Below are positions 7,396 to 16,183 of a stretch of 33,642 nucleotides of DNA, in pieces (the stretch's first letter is position 1; every line of letters starts with the position of its first letter). The DNA comes from an uncultured bacterium (GTDB lineage: Bacteria; Cyanobacteriota; Vampirovibrionia; Gastranaerophilales; Gastranaerophilaceae): positions 1 to 33,642 of the forward strand of contig CAMDZX010000001.1 in NCBI GenBank assembly GCA_945910925.1, given 5' to 3'. Position numbers and translations under genes: made by a program. The notes beneath the pieces are model-generated. The model saw only the letters and a program-made list of their open reading frames with translations. It had not been told where the DNA came from and made no database searches.

Positions 7396-8241
7396 ATGAA
7401 TAATTTTGAAGGTTTAGTCAATACTTACCCCATAAATGTCGTACGCCCTTACGATTCTATTAAGGGTGGTCGTGCCTTATTGCCAAATTCACAGGATAGG
7501 GCATCACTGAATTCCGGTCTTGATAAATATTTGGATAACACGACTGTACGTAATATCGTGTATTCAAATCCGGAGATAACGCGACTGCTTGCAGAAAAAG
7601 GTATTCCTTTGAAAATAAATACGGAAGGCTTCAAAAAGAATGTCTATAATCATTCAATTGACACCAGAAATACCGCTGTCGGGATTTATAACCATTTGCC
7701 GCCTAATATAAAACAACAGGCTAATCTTAAAGATATTGCAGATGGCGCACTATTGCATGATTATGGAAAAATTTTAATTCCTGAAAACATTTTAATGAAA
7801 AATAACAGGTTATCACCAAAAGAAGAAGATATTATGCATCTTCATTCGACGTTAAGCTATGAAATGTTAAAGAATCAGGGAATTAATGATAATGTTTTAA
7901 AAATAGTAAAATATCACCATCAAAACCCATTAGGAAGCGGTTATCCGGATATCGGAAATAATCAGGGAGTTGATTTGAATACACAAATCGTATCTCTTGC
8001 AGACAAATATTCGGCGCTCAGAGAAAAACGAAGTTATAAACGACAGATGTCAGAAAATGAGGCACTAAATATTTTACACAACGAAATTAATAAAGGAGTG
8101 AATTCTGATGTATATAATGCTCTTGATAGCTATGTTATGTCTAAACAGCCAAATACAAAGAACACAGTTACATTGTCAAACTATCTTGATAGAAAGAATG
8201 CCTCACCGCAAATAAATCGTGATTCGGCATTTTATGCCTAA
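7396..8241 (+). CDS. Stand-alone HD-GYP-type HD-domain protein with a ~100-aa N-terminal extension of unknown function
   Basis: Motifs NHSIDT, LLHDYGK (H121-D122), HLHS, YHHQNPLGSGYP (HHQ in place of HHE, and PLGSGYP) and LADKY. These match the order of HD-GYP metal ligands. Confidence 0.75.
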   Translation: MNNFEGLVNTYPINVVRPYDSIKGGRALLPNSQDRASLNSGLDKYLDNTTVRNIVYSNPEITRLLAEKGIPLKINTEGFKKNVYNHSIDTRNTAVGIYNHLPPNIKQQANLKDIADGALLHDYGKILIPENILMKNNRLSPKEEDIMHLHSTLSYEMLKNQGINDNVLKIVKYHHQNPLGSGYPDIGNNQGVDLNTQIVSLADKYSALREKRSYKRQMSENEALNILHNEINKGVNSDVYNALDSYVMSKQPNTKNTVTLSNYLDRKNASPQINRDSAFYA

Positions 8242-8531
8242 TTTTATAAATTATATCCTGCAAACCACTAAATAATAATCCGTTAAATTATTTTCTGCCT
8301 TCATTTATCAGAGATAGAAGCAGTTATTTGAACATAGACTATCACAAAAAGAAAGCCTTGCAAGTTGTGCAAGACTCAAAAATATACATTTACCCCACCA
8401 ATTTTATATCATACATAAAAAAATAAGTCAACAGCTTTTTTGTCTATATCCATGACTCAAAAATAATTAAATATAATTATTTTTTTTATCTCATTTCCAT
8501 TCTATAATCATATTTGATAGAGAGGTGGATT

Positions 8532-9767
8532 ATGAATGTTAATGATGCGTTGGTTATGATTTTAGCAGGCGGTGAAGGTAAAAGACTCTATCCGCTTACA
8601 AAAGATAGAGCAAAGCCTGCAGTACCGTTTGGCGGACGTTACAGAATTATTGATTTTGTACTTAACAACTTCGTAAACTCCGGATTTAACAGAATAAAAG
8701 TGCTTACCCAATACAAATCAGATTCTCTCAACAAACACCTTGTCAGAGGCTGGGCATTATCACCTTTCTGGAATCAATTTATAGAACTTGTTCCGGCTCA
8801 AATGAGAACAGGCGGAACTTGGTATCAGGGAACTGCTGATGCGGTTTATCAAAATATTCTTCATATTGTGGATGAAGACCCGAAGTATGTATGTGTATTC
8901 GGTGGCGATCACATATACAAGATGGATGTTTCACGCATGCTCAAGTTCCATAAAAAAAATAATGCGGCGTTAACAATTTCCGCAATTCCTATTCCGATTG
9001 AACAAGCATCAGAGTTCGGGATTATGGAGGTTGATGAGAATTGGAGGTTAATCAACTTTGTCGAAAAACCTCAAACCCCACCAAGACCAATGCCTGATAA
9101 CCCTAATATGTGTTTGGCATCAATGGGAAATTACATATTCGACAGGAACATTCTTGTTGAAGCACTGAATCAGGATGCAGAAATCGAACAATCTCATCAC
9201 GATTTTGGGAAAGATGTTATTCCAATGCTTTTAAATCAAGGTAAAAATATTTGTGTATACAATTTTAGCGAAAATAAATTTGCAGGCATGTCGCCACGTG
9301 AAAAGGGTTACTGGAGAGATGTAGGATGCATTGATGCATACTGGCAGGCAAACATGGATTTATTGGCATATGACCCTGAATTAAATCTATATTCAAAAGA
9401 GTGGCCATTAAGGACATTCAATTATAATTATCCGCCTGCTAAATTCATATGGAAAGAAGAAAACAGAGTCGGTATGGCAACAGACTCAATGATTTCCGAA
9501 GGATGTATTGTTTCAGGCGGTATTCTGTCACGTTGCATACTGTCGCCAAAAGTTAAGATTAACAGTTATTCAACAGTTACGGAATCCATCCTGATGGAGA
9601 ATGTTACAATAGGACGTCATTCCGAAATCAGGCGCGCGATAATCGATAAGAACGTTGATATCCCTGAATATACCAGAATAGGTTTTGACAGGGCAGAGGA
9701 TGAAAGACGCGGTTTCTACGTATCAGAAGGCGGAATAACGGTAGTTCCGAAAAACGCAAAATTATAA
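8532..9767 (+). CDS. glgC: Glucose-1-phosphate adenylyltransferase
   Basis: Contains LAGGEGKRLYPLTKDRAKPAVPFGGRYRIIDFVLNNFVNSG plus a C-terminal left-handed beta-helix region, and is the full length expected for GlgC. I prefer the ATG at 8532, preceded by GAGGTGG, over the TTG at 8514 in the ORF track. Confidence 0.9.
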   Translation: MNVNDALVMILAGGEGKRLYPLTKDRAKPAVPFGGRYRIIDFVLNNFVNSGFNRIKVLTQYKSDSLNKHLVRGWALSPFWNQFIELVPAQMRTGGTWYQGTADAVYQNILHIVDEDPKYVCVFGGDHIYKMDVSRMLKFHKKNNAALTISAIPIPIEQASEFGIMEVDENWRLINFVEKPQTPPRPMPDNPNMCLASMGNYIFDRNILVEALNQDAEIEQSHHDFGKDVIPMLLNQGKNICVYNFSENKFAGMSPREKGYWRDVGCIDAYWQANMDLLAYDPELNLYSKEWPLRTFNYNYPPAKFIWKEENRVGMATDSMISEGCIVSGGILSRCILSPKVKINSYSTVTESILMENVTIGRHSEIRRAIIDKNVDIPEYTRIGFDRAEDERRGFYVSEGGITVVPKNAKL

Positions 9768-9787
9768 TTAATATTTTATATGGGAGA

Positions 9788-11170
9788 ATGGTGATGGAAG
9801 AAAAAACAGAATTAAAACCGTTTAGTACAGGAAAATTCCTTAATTTCGCATTAGGGTTTTTAGGACTTCAGTTTGCGTGGCAGATGAGAATAATACTTTC
9901 TGCGCCTGTAACAGAAGGACTTGGAGCATCACCATTCATATATGGGATGATTTGGCTTGCAGGCCCGTTTACGGGAATGGTTGTTCAACCGCTTATAGGT
10001 GCAATCAGTGATAATACAAAATCAAGATTTGGCAGACGCCGTCCGTATTTATTTATGGGCGCACTAATTGCAGCGATTGCATTATGGGCATTTCCTAATT
10101 CAGCAAACATTGCAGGATTTTTAGGGCATGTATTCGGATTCCCTATTCCGATTTGGCTCGGATTGGCTATTGCAGCAGCCATGATTTGGATTATTGATGC
10201 TTGTATAAACATTGCTCAAGGTCCATATAGAGCGCTTATTCCTGACGTTGTACCACAAGAACAGCATGCGGTTGCAAATTCATACATAAGTCTTGCTATC
10301 GGATTAGGCTCTGTTATCGCTGCAGGTACTGCACCGTTTTTAAACTATGTTTGTCATTATCAAATGTCCGTTCCCGCACAATTTGTTATGGCGGCTCTTG
10401 CGTTTCTGCTTGCAATGACTTGGACTTGTATGACAATTAAAGAAAAAGACTCAAGAGATAATAAAACAGAAGCTAAGACCGAAAAAACAACAGGATTTTG
10501 GGAAGATTTAAAGAATTTCTTTTTACTCTCTCCTCAAGTCGGCAGAATTTGTCTTATGCAATTCTTCACTTGGATTGGTATGATGTGTTTGATGATATTC
10601 TTTACAAGTTATGCAATTCACACGGTTTATGCAATTCCTGATTTGACCAATATTACACCTGCATTATCCGCTAAGTATGCAGATTTACAGGTTAAAGCCA
10701 CTAACTATTCATCAATTTGTTTTGCGATATTTAACCTCGTATGCTTCTTAATTGCAATTCCTATCGGATACTTGGCGCAAAAATTCGGGAACAAAACAAT
10801 ACACGTAATTTCTTTATTGTCTATGGTAATTGCGTATATAGGTTTGGGTGTATTCAACACTAATCCTGTTCTTGTTGCTGCGTTTATGGCTTTATCGGGT
10901 ATCGGTTGGGCAAGTGTTTGCGCATTGCCTTTTGCTATGCTTTCTAAGTACATCATTCCCGGAACGGAAGGTTCTGTAATGGGTATCTTTAATATCTTCA
11001 TTGCAGGCCCTCAAGTAGTGGTTTGTACACTTGTTTCATGGCTCATCAAGGTTTGTATGTTCGACACTCCTGATGGCGTAAATTACCATTGGGAATATGC
11101 ATTCTACGTCGGTGCGGTATGTTTGGTTCTTGCAGCTTTGACAACTTTAACCGTTAAGGAAAACAAATAG
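9788..11170 (+). CDS. MFS/GPH-family sugar:cation symporter (sucrose-transporter/SLC45-like)
   Basis: About 12 hydrophobic segments. It has the RFGRRRPY loop motif after TM2, typical of sucrose-type transporters, and a central hydrophilic loop. The alternative ATG at 9794 has better spacing from GGGAGA. Confidence 0.7.
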   Translation: MVMEEKTELKPFSTGKFLNFALGFLGLQFAWQMRIILSAPVTEGLGASPFIYGMIWLAGPFTGMVVQPLIGAISDNTKSRFGRRRPYLFMGALIAAIALWAFPNSANIAGFLGHVFGFPIPIWLGLAIAAAMIWIIDACINIAQGPYRALIPDVVPQEQHAVANSYISLAIGLGSVIAAGTAPFLNYVCHYQMSVPAQFVMAALAFLLAMTWTCMTIKEKDSRDNKTEAKTEKTTGFWEDLKNFFLLSPQVGRICLMQFFTWIGMMCLMIFFTSYAIHTVYAIPDLTNITPALSAKYADLQVKATNYSSICFAIFNLVCFLIAIPIGYLAQKFGNKTIHVISLLSMVIAYIGLGVFNTNPVLVAAFMALSGIGWASVCALPFAMLSKYIIPGTEGSVMGIFNIFIAGPQVVVCTLVSWLIKVCMFDTPDGVNYHWEYAFYVGAVCLVLAALTTLTVKENK

Positions 11171-11171
11171 T

Positions 11172-11687
11172 ATGGCGGAAAGTATAATAATCTTTTCAGG
11201 AAAACAGTATTCAGGGAAAGATACCGCCGCAAAGATACTTCTTGATGAACTCCCTGAGTACAGACGTTGTGCGATGGGAGATATCATCAAGTTAGAATAC
11301 GGCAAAAAACATGACCTTACTTATGAAGAAATTGAGAAAAATAAGTCTAAATACCGAGCAGGACTTATTGAACTTGGCAATTGGGGACGTGCGCAATCTC
11401 CTGATTATTGGCTGGATAAAATAGTTCAATCCGAAGGGAAAATCATAGTAACCGATGTAAGAGTTCCTCATGAGTATGAAGTATTTAAAAACGCAGGTGC
11501 AATTGCAATAAGAATAGAAGCATCAAGAGATGTACGTGCTAAAAGAGGTGAGCTTGTCGGAGAAAATGATATAACTGAAACAGGACTGGATGATATAACT
11601 GATTGGAATTATGTCATTGAAAACAATTCTTCATATGACGAGTTGAAAACAAAAGTTCTTGCCCTGAAAAAACTAATACAGAATTAA
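11172..11687 (+). CDS. P-loop kinase of the animal-type phosphomevalonate kinase (P-mevalo_kinase) family
   Basis: From my recall of human PMVK, these query segments align with the PMVK segments given in brackets: IIIFSGKQYSGKD (LLFSGKRKSGKD), IIVTDVRVPHEYEVFK (WLVSDTRRVSDIQWFR), RGELVGENDITETGLDD ([20 protein letters not shown]) and DWNYVIENN (DWVIENH). Its length of 171 aa also matches. Confidence 0.55.
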   Translation: MAESIIIFSGKQYSGKDTAAKILLDELPEYRRCAMGDIIKLEYGKKHDLTYEEIEKNKSKYRAGLIELGNWGRAQSPDYWLDKIVQSEGKIIVTDVRVPHEYEVFKNAGAIAIRIEASRDVRAKRGELVGENDITETGLDDITDWNYVIENNSSYDELKTKVLALKKLIQN

Positions 11688-11733
11688 TATTTTTGCAGTA
11701 AGATAAAGATATTGCAAAATAAGAGGGGATGAA

Positions 11734-12630
11734 ATGAAAACTTTAGATATAATTGTGCCTGTTTATAATGAAGAAGATTGCTTAGAGGAGATGTTTAGCC
11801 GTTTATGCAGGGTCAAGAATTCACTTGTCGGAATAGTTGATATACGTTTTTTATTTGTCAACGATGGTTCAAAAGATAAAAGCGAAGAAATTTTACGCGG
11901 GTTCGCACAAAATAATCCATATGTCAAAGTTGTTAATTTTGTCAGAAATTTTGGGCATCAGGTTGCGGTTACGGCGGGTATTAATCTTACAGATGCTGAT
12001 TATGCCGTTATTATTGATGCGGATTTACAAGACCCGCCTGAACTCATTGTTGATATGTATAACAAGGCACAGGAAGGGTTTGATATTGTTTACGGGAAAC
12101 GGTTAAAACGTGAAAAAGAAACCGCATTCAAAAAAGTTACGGCATTCGGTTTTTACAGGGTTTTGAATTTCTTGTGCAATCTAAACATTCCAAAGGATAC
12201 AGGAGATTTCAGATTAATTACAAGAAACGTTATAGATGTTCTCAAAAACATGCCTGAACACAATCGTTTTATACGTGGCATGGTGCCTTGGACAGGGTTT
12301 AAATCTGCACCGATTGAATTTGACAGAGAAGAAAGATTTGCAGGAGAAACACATTATCCGCTTAAAGCAATGTTTAAACTTGCAACAAACGCTATTTTCT
12401 CATTCTCAACGAAACCGCTAAAAATGATTAATTATCTTGCGTGCGTTCTTGTTGTGTGTGCCTTATATTCACTTATCAGATTGAATATGATATCGGCAAC
12501 AATTCTGTTTTGTACCGCTTTACAACTGTTTGCAACAGGTATTGTAGGTGCGTATATCGGAAGAATTTATGAAGAAGCCCTTGCAAGACCTTTATACATA
12601 ATAAAAGACAAATATAATATCGGGGAATAG
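11734..12630 (+). CDS. GT2 polyprenyl-phosphate glycosyltransferase (ArnC/DPM1-like)
   Basis: Contains IIVPVYNEE, VNDGSKDKS, NFGHQVA and IIDADLQDPPE, followed by two C-terminal TM helices. An AAGAGGGGA SD precedes the ATG. Confidence 0.8.
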   Translation: MKTLDIIVPVYNEEDCLEEMFSRLCRVKNSLVGIVDIRFLFVNDGSKDKSEEILRGFAQNNPYVKVVNFVRNFGHQVAVTAGINLTDADYAVIIDADLQDPPELIVDMYNKAQEGFDIVYGKRLKREKETAFKKVTAFGFYRVLNFLCNLNIPKDTGDFRLITRNVIDVLKNMPEHNRFIRGMVPWTGFKSAPIEFDREERFAGETHYPLKAMFKLATNAIFSFSTKPLKMINYLACVLVVCALYSLIRLNMISATILFCTALQLFATGIVGAYIGRIYEEALARPLYIIKDKYNIGE

Positions 12631-14058
12631 ATGATTAATAAAATAAAACAATTTTATAATGAACATCCCGAAAGATTTTATCTTATTCTTTTGGGAATTT
12701 TTGCGTTTATCTTTTTGGCTGCAGGCATGTGGTATTATCCGCTTGTGGATGTCGATGAAACAAGATATGCCGTTATGTCAAGAGATTTAATCGGGCATAA
12801 TTGGAATTTCTTGATGCTTAACGGAGTGCCGTTTATAGAAAAACCTCCGCTTTATTTTTGGCTGACAGCGTTATCCATAAAACTATTCGGATTTCATGAA
12901 TGGGCAATAAGAGTTCCTACTTTGATTTTGTCAGTTATTACCGTTTATTTTACATATTACGTCGGAAAAGTTGTTAAAAGCCCTAAATTCGGATTCTATG
13001 CCGCATCAATTCTTATGATTAACGCATATTTTGTTATGCTTACACGTGTAGCAATTATAGATATGGTATTCACAGCTTTTTTAACATGGACTATATACTG
13101 TGGATTTTTAACTGATTTTGTAAGAGAAAAATATAAAAAATACTTGTGGTTTGCTTTTTATGTTTGTATGTCTTTTGCCTTTCTTGCTAAAGGTCTGCTG
13201 GCAATTGTATTTCCTTGTATGATAATCGGACTTCACAGAATATTAACAAAATCTGTAAAAGAGATTTTCAGACCCGTTAATATAATTCCCGGAGTATTGG
13301 TATTTCTGCTAATAAACTTACCTTGGCACTTTGCAATGTATAAACAGTATGGATATGAATTTATCTGGGTTTATTTTATTTTACATCACTTTGAAAGACT
13401 TGTTGATGCGGATTCTCTCGGGAAAACACGACCTTTCTTATACTTTATACCCGTGTTTTTCATAGGGTTCCTGCCTTGGTCAATAAACTTTATAGGCAGT
13501 ATTGTTGATTTCTTCAAAAATAAATTGTTCAAGAATCCTGTGATGCTGTTTTTTTGCTTGTATTTTGTTGTAATTTTTGGAATTTTTAGTTTTGCAAGCG
13601 GTAAATTACCAACTTATGTTTTGCCTGCTGTGCCACCGGCAGCGTTTTTAACTGCAAATTTTATATATGACAGAGATAAGAATTGGTTTAAAATACCTAT
13701 ATATTTTGGTTTCGTTGGTGTAATAGTTGCTGTGGTATTACTAAAAACAGTTGTATACACAGGCGGAATGAGTGAGTTGGTTGAATTTTCAAAACAAGCA
13801 CAGGCTTCCGAATATCACTTGATTACGTACGACATGCCTGTTAAGCCTTCAATTTTTCTTCATTATATAAAAGATAATGCGGATTTAATATTAGAAGATA
13901 ACTTATCAGAACTAAAAAAGGCAGTCACAAAAAATCCTAAATCTATGATTATTGTAAAAAGAAAAAATATGACTAATTCAACAGCAAAAATATTTATAAA
14001 AGATAACTTTTCTCTTATACACACAAGTAAGAAATACGAACTTTACAGAAATAATTAG
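12631..14058 (+). CDS. GT-C membrane glycosyltransferase (ArnT/PMT_2-like)
   Basis: Polytopic membrane protein. It has a DVDETRYAVMSRDL first-loop motif (DExRYA, as in the ArnT family) and a soluble C-terminal domain. Its start codon immediately follows the GT2 stop. Confidence 0.75.
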   Translation: MINKIKQFYNEHPERFYLILLGIFAFIFLAAGMWYYPLVDVDETRYAVMSRDLIGHNWNFLMLNGVPFIEKPPLYFWLTALSIKLFGFHEWAIRVPTLILSVITVYFTYYVGKVVKSPKFGFYAASILMINAYFVMLTRVAIIDMVFTAFLTWTIYCGFLTDFVREKYKKYLWFAFYVCMSFAFLAKGLLAIVFPCMIIGLHRILTKSVKEIFRPVNIIPGVLVFLLINLPWHFAMYKQYGYEFIWVYFILHHFERLVDADSLGKTRPFLYFIPVFFIGFLPWSINFIGSIVDFFKNKLFKNPVMLFFCLYFVVIFGIFSFASGKLPTYVLPAVPPAAFLTANFIYDRDKNWFKIPIYFGFVGVIVAVVLLKTVVYTGGMSELVEFSKQAQASEYHLITYDMPVKPSIFLHYIKDNADLILEDNLSELKKAVTKNPKSMIIVKRKNMTNSTAKIFIKDNFSLIHTSKKYELYRNN

Positions 14059-14936
14059 AAATTACTACGTAATTTTTTTAGTAATTTTTCACTATACGGA
14101 GAGCCTTCTTTTGCAAAATCATAATAATAATTGTGTACATTAGATGAAGGTATTGTTAAAATATTGTACATACGTTCCTTAATATTATTTGGTATAATTT
14201 GTTTGTCCGTCCCCACACACTTATCGCCTGAGTATAGAAATATTGTATTAACAGGTGTATCATTATTTGTTGTCATTATTAAGACAGGTTCACCATTTTT
14301 TTGAGTATGATAAGTTAAATTTTTACAATCTTTACCTTTTTCATATATAGTTACATTATACTTTTTAGAATCAACTTTTGTTCGTCTGTAACATTTAACA
14401 AGATATTTTTCTTCGTTATTAAGAATTTCAAGATTATTTAAAAGATTATCACCCTTATAGGCTTTCATATCTACAAGAATATATTTCCCATTAACCATTT
14501 GCTCTTTTTTAGAAATAATACGTTGTATTATCTTCGCACCATCAAGAACTACTGTTTCACGATATTTAAATTTACCTTCATATCTGTCAAAATTAATTCT
14601 AACTTTTCCATTTTTTAAACGTACTTGCGACTGAGAAGTTAATTTATTTCCAATAAGTGGCTGATATTTACGCAATTTGTCCAACGAACCTGCTATATTA
14701 CCCTTACGGCGAATTAAAAATTCAGGCAAAAAAAGAATAGCCGCAAATATTACTCCTGAAGCAATTGTAGTTATAAAGTTATTTTTAATAGCACTATCAT
14801 TACTTCTTTTTTTCTCAAATACATCTTCTTTACGTTCTGTATTTAATGGTTGATTTACTACAGCTTGAGGTTTTACCGTTTGATTTTTTTCTGCTGCCCT
14901 TAATATAAAACTGTTACTGTATCCATCAATTGTCAT
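14055..14936 (-). CDS. Hypothetical single-pass membrane protein (293 aa)
   Basis: ORF with one TM segment (FITTIASGVIFAAILFLPEFLI) and a K/N-rich C-terminal domain; I recognise no motif. I prefer the ATG at 14936, preceded by AAGGTGA, over the GTG at 14954. Its stop codon overlaps the stop of the convergent GT-C gene. Confidence 0.55.
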   Translation of the reverse strand: MTIDGYSNSFILRAAEKNQTVKPQAVVNQPLNTERKEDVFEKKRSNDSAIKNNFITTIASGVIFAAILFLPEFLIRRKGNIAGSLDKLRKYQPLIGNKLTSQSQVRLKNGKVRINFDRYEGKFKYRETVVLDGAKIIQRIISKKEQMVNGKYILVDMKAYKGDNLLNNLEILNNEEKYLVKCYRRTKVDSKKYNVTIYEKGKDCKNLTYHTQKNGEPVLIMTTNNDTPVNTIFLYSGDKCVGTDKQIIPNNIKERMYNILTIPSSNVHNYYYDFAKEGSPYSEKLLKKLRSNF

Positions 14937-15078
14937 AAATTCACCTTGTTCCACTTATTATAAAAAACTAAAAAATATTTTTTGCCGATAAATAAACAAT
15001 AATTTACAATTTAGTTTGAAAATTCACGTGTTTATGATATTATCAGTAAAAAAGTATGACATATTTAAAGGAGTTTTT

Positions 15079-15636
15079 ATGATTTCTGTAAACGATCTTA
15101 AGACAGGTTTGACACTACAATTAGATAACGGGCTTTGGTCTGTTGTAGAATTTCTACACGTAAAGCCGGGTAAAGGTGCGGCTTTTGTACGTTCAAAACT
15201 AAAAAACGTAGAAACAGGACAAGTTGTTGAAAAAACATTCCGTGCCGGTGAAAAAGTTGCAAAAGCTACGCTCGATAGACGCGAAATGCAATATTTGTAC
15301 AAAGAAGGTAACGATTTCGTTATGATGGATATGGAATCTTATGAACAAATGCCTGTTCCTGAAGCACATATCGGTGACGGGGTAAAATACCTGAAAGAAA
15401 ATATGAATGTTCAAGTTCTTTTCCACGATGGCAAAATTATCGGACTTGATATTCCTGCTCACGTTGAGTTGGAAGTCGTTGATACACCACCATCAGAAAA
15501 AGGTAACACATCTCAAGGCGGTACTAAACCTGCAAAACTTGAAACAGGTGCAGTTGTAAACGTTCCATTCTTTATCGCAAATGGAGATATTATCAGAGTC
15601 GATACAAGATCAAACGAATATCTTGATCGTTGTTAG
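15079..15636 (+). CDS. efp: Elongation factor P
   Basis: Opens MISVNDLKTGLTLQLDNGLWSVVEFLHVKPGKGAAFVRSKLKN, with the conserved KPGKG loop. It is 185 aa. The ATG at 15079 is preceded by AAAGGAG; the upstream extension in the ORF track is unlikely. Confidence 0.92.
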   Translation: MISVNDLKTGLTLQLDNGLWSVVEFLHVKPGKGAAFVRSKLKNVETGQVVEKTFRAGEKVAKATLDRREMQYLYKEGNDFVMMDMESYEQMPVPEAHIGDGVKYLKENMNVQVLFHDGKIIGLDIPAHVELEVVDTPPSEKGNTSQGGTKPAKLETGAVVNVPFFIANGDIIRVDTRSNEYLDRC

Positions 15637-15657
15637 TAATAAAAAGGACATTAAAAA

Positions 15658-16116
15658 ATGAAATTTGAAACAGATTATATAGAAAAACTTGCAAAAATAA
15701 TTTCGGATAATGGTTTAACCGAAATTTCGTTGGAAAATGGCGAACAAGCGATTACTATTCGCAAGGATTTACCTGAAGTAACGGTTTCTCAGGCGATGCC
15801 GGTTGCTGCGGCAACTCCTGTTTTATCGGCAGCACCTGCTCCTGTTGAAACAAAATCAACAGAAAGTACAGTTGCACACAAAGGTAATGCTATTACTTCA
15901 CCTATGGTTGGGACATTCTATGCTGCATCCTCACCTGAAGCGTCACCTTTTGTAACAGAAGGTAAAACAATTTCTAAAGGTGACGTTGTTTGTATAGTAG
16001 AAGCAATGAAATTGATGAACGAAATTGAATCCGAGTTCTCAGGTACTGTTACTGAAATTTGTGTAAAAGACGGACAACCTGTAGAATACGGGCAAGTTCT
16101 TATGTATGTTGAATAG
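15658..16116 (+). CDS. accB: Biotin carboxyl carrier protein of acetyl-CoA carboxylase
   Basis: Has an Ala/Pro-rich linker and the biotinyl-lysine motif [10 protein letters not shown] near the C-terminus. Confidence 0.92.
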   Translation: MKFETDYIEKLAKIISDNGLTEISLENGEQAITIRKDLPEVTVSQAMPVAAATPVLSAAPAPVETKSTESTVAHKGNAITSPMVGTFYAASSPEASPFVTEGKTISKGDVVCIVEAMKLMNEIESEFSGTVTEICVKDGQPVEYGQVLMYVE

Positions 16117-16128
16117 TTAGTTTTGTAT

Positions 16129-16155
16129 GAGGCTGATATTTTGTCAGCCTCTTTT
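16129..16155 (+). terminator. Hairpin plus T-run between accB and accC (partial terminator or attenuator candidate)
   Basis: GAGGCTGA-TATTTTG-TCAGCCTC forms a perfect 8-bp stem followed by TTTT. It sits 13 nt after the accB stop and 29 nt before the accC start. Confidence 0.55.
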
Positions 16156-16183
16156 ATAATTTTAAATTGGGAAAAAGATAATT

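Noticed and set aside
8295-8329. Weak hairpins after the stand-alone HD-GYP gene (CTGC-C-TTC...GAAGCAG at 8295-8323 and CTTGCA-AGTTG-TGCAAG near 8356-8372), and TTTTGCA...TGCAAAA after the kinase gene (about 11690-11722).
   Set aside because: The stems are short (6-7 bp), bulged or with long loops, and lack U-tracts. They are not distinguishable from chance palindromes in AT-rich DNA.
8514-8531. Longer N-terminal extensions given by the ORF track for glgC (TTG 8514), efp (15016), the 293-aa protein (GTG 14954), the GGDEF hybrid (19534) and the AsmA-like protein (TTG 28940).
   Set aside because: In each case an internal ATG is preceded at 5-9 nt by a strong SD (GAGGTGG, AAAGGAG or AAGGTGA) or by a better-placed AGG. 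The shortened protein also begins at the conserved family N-terminus. The extensions are probably not translated.
11837-12421. Same-strand out-of-frame ORFs 11837-12106 and 12236-12421 inside the GT2 gene.
   Set aside because: The GT2 frame carries the full set of family motifs. The alternative frames have no recognisable features and no ribosome-binding sites.
14984-14991. Exact GCCGATAA (the sigma-28 -10 consensus) on the plus strand, 88 nt upstream of efp.
   Set aside because: No TAAA -35 element lies at the required 15-nt distance (candidates sit at 11 or 19 nt). efp is also not an expected flagellar-regulon gene. This is likely a chance match.
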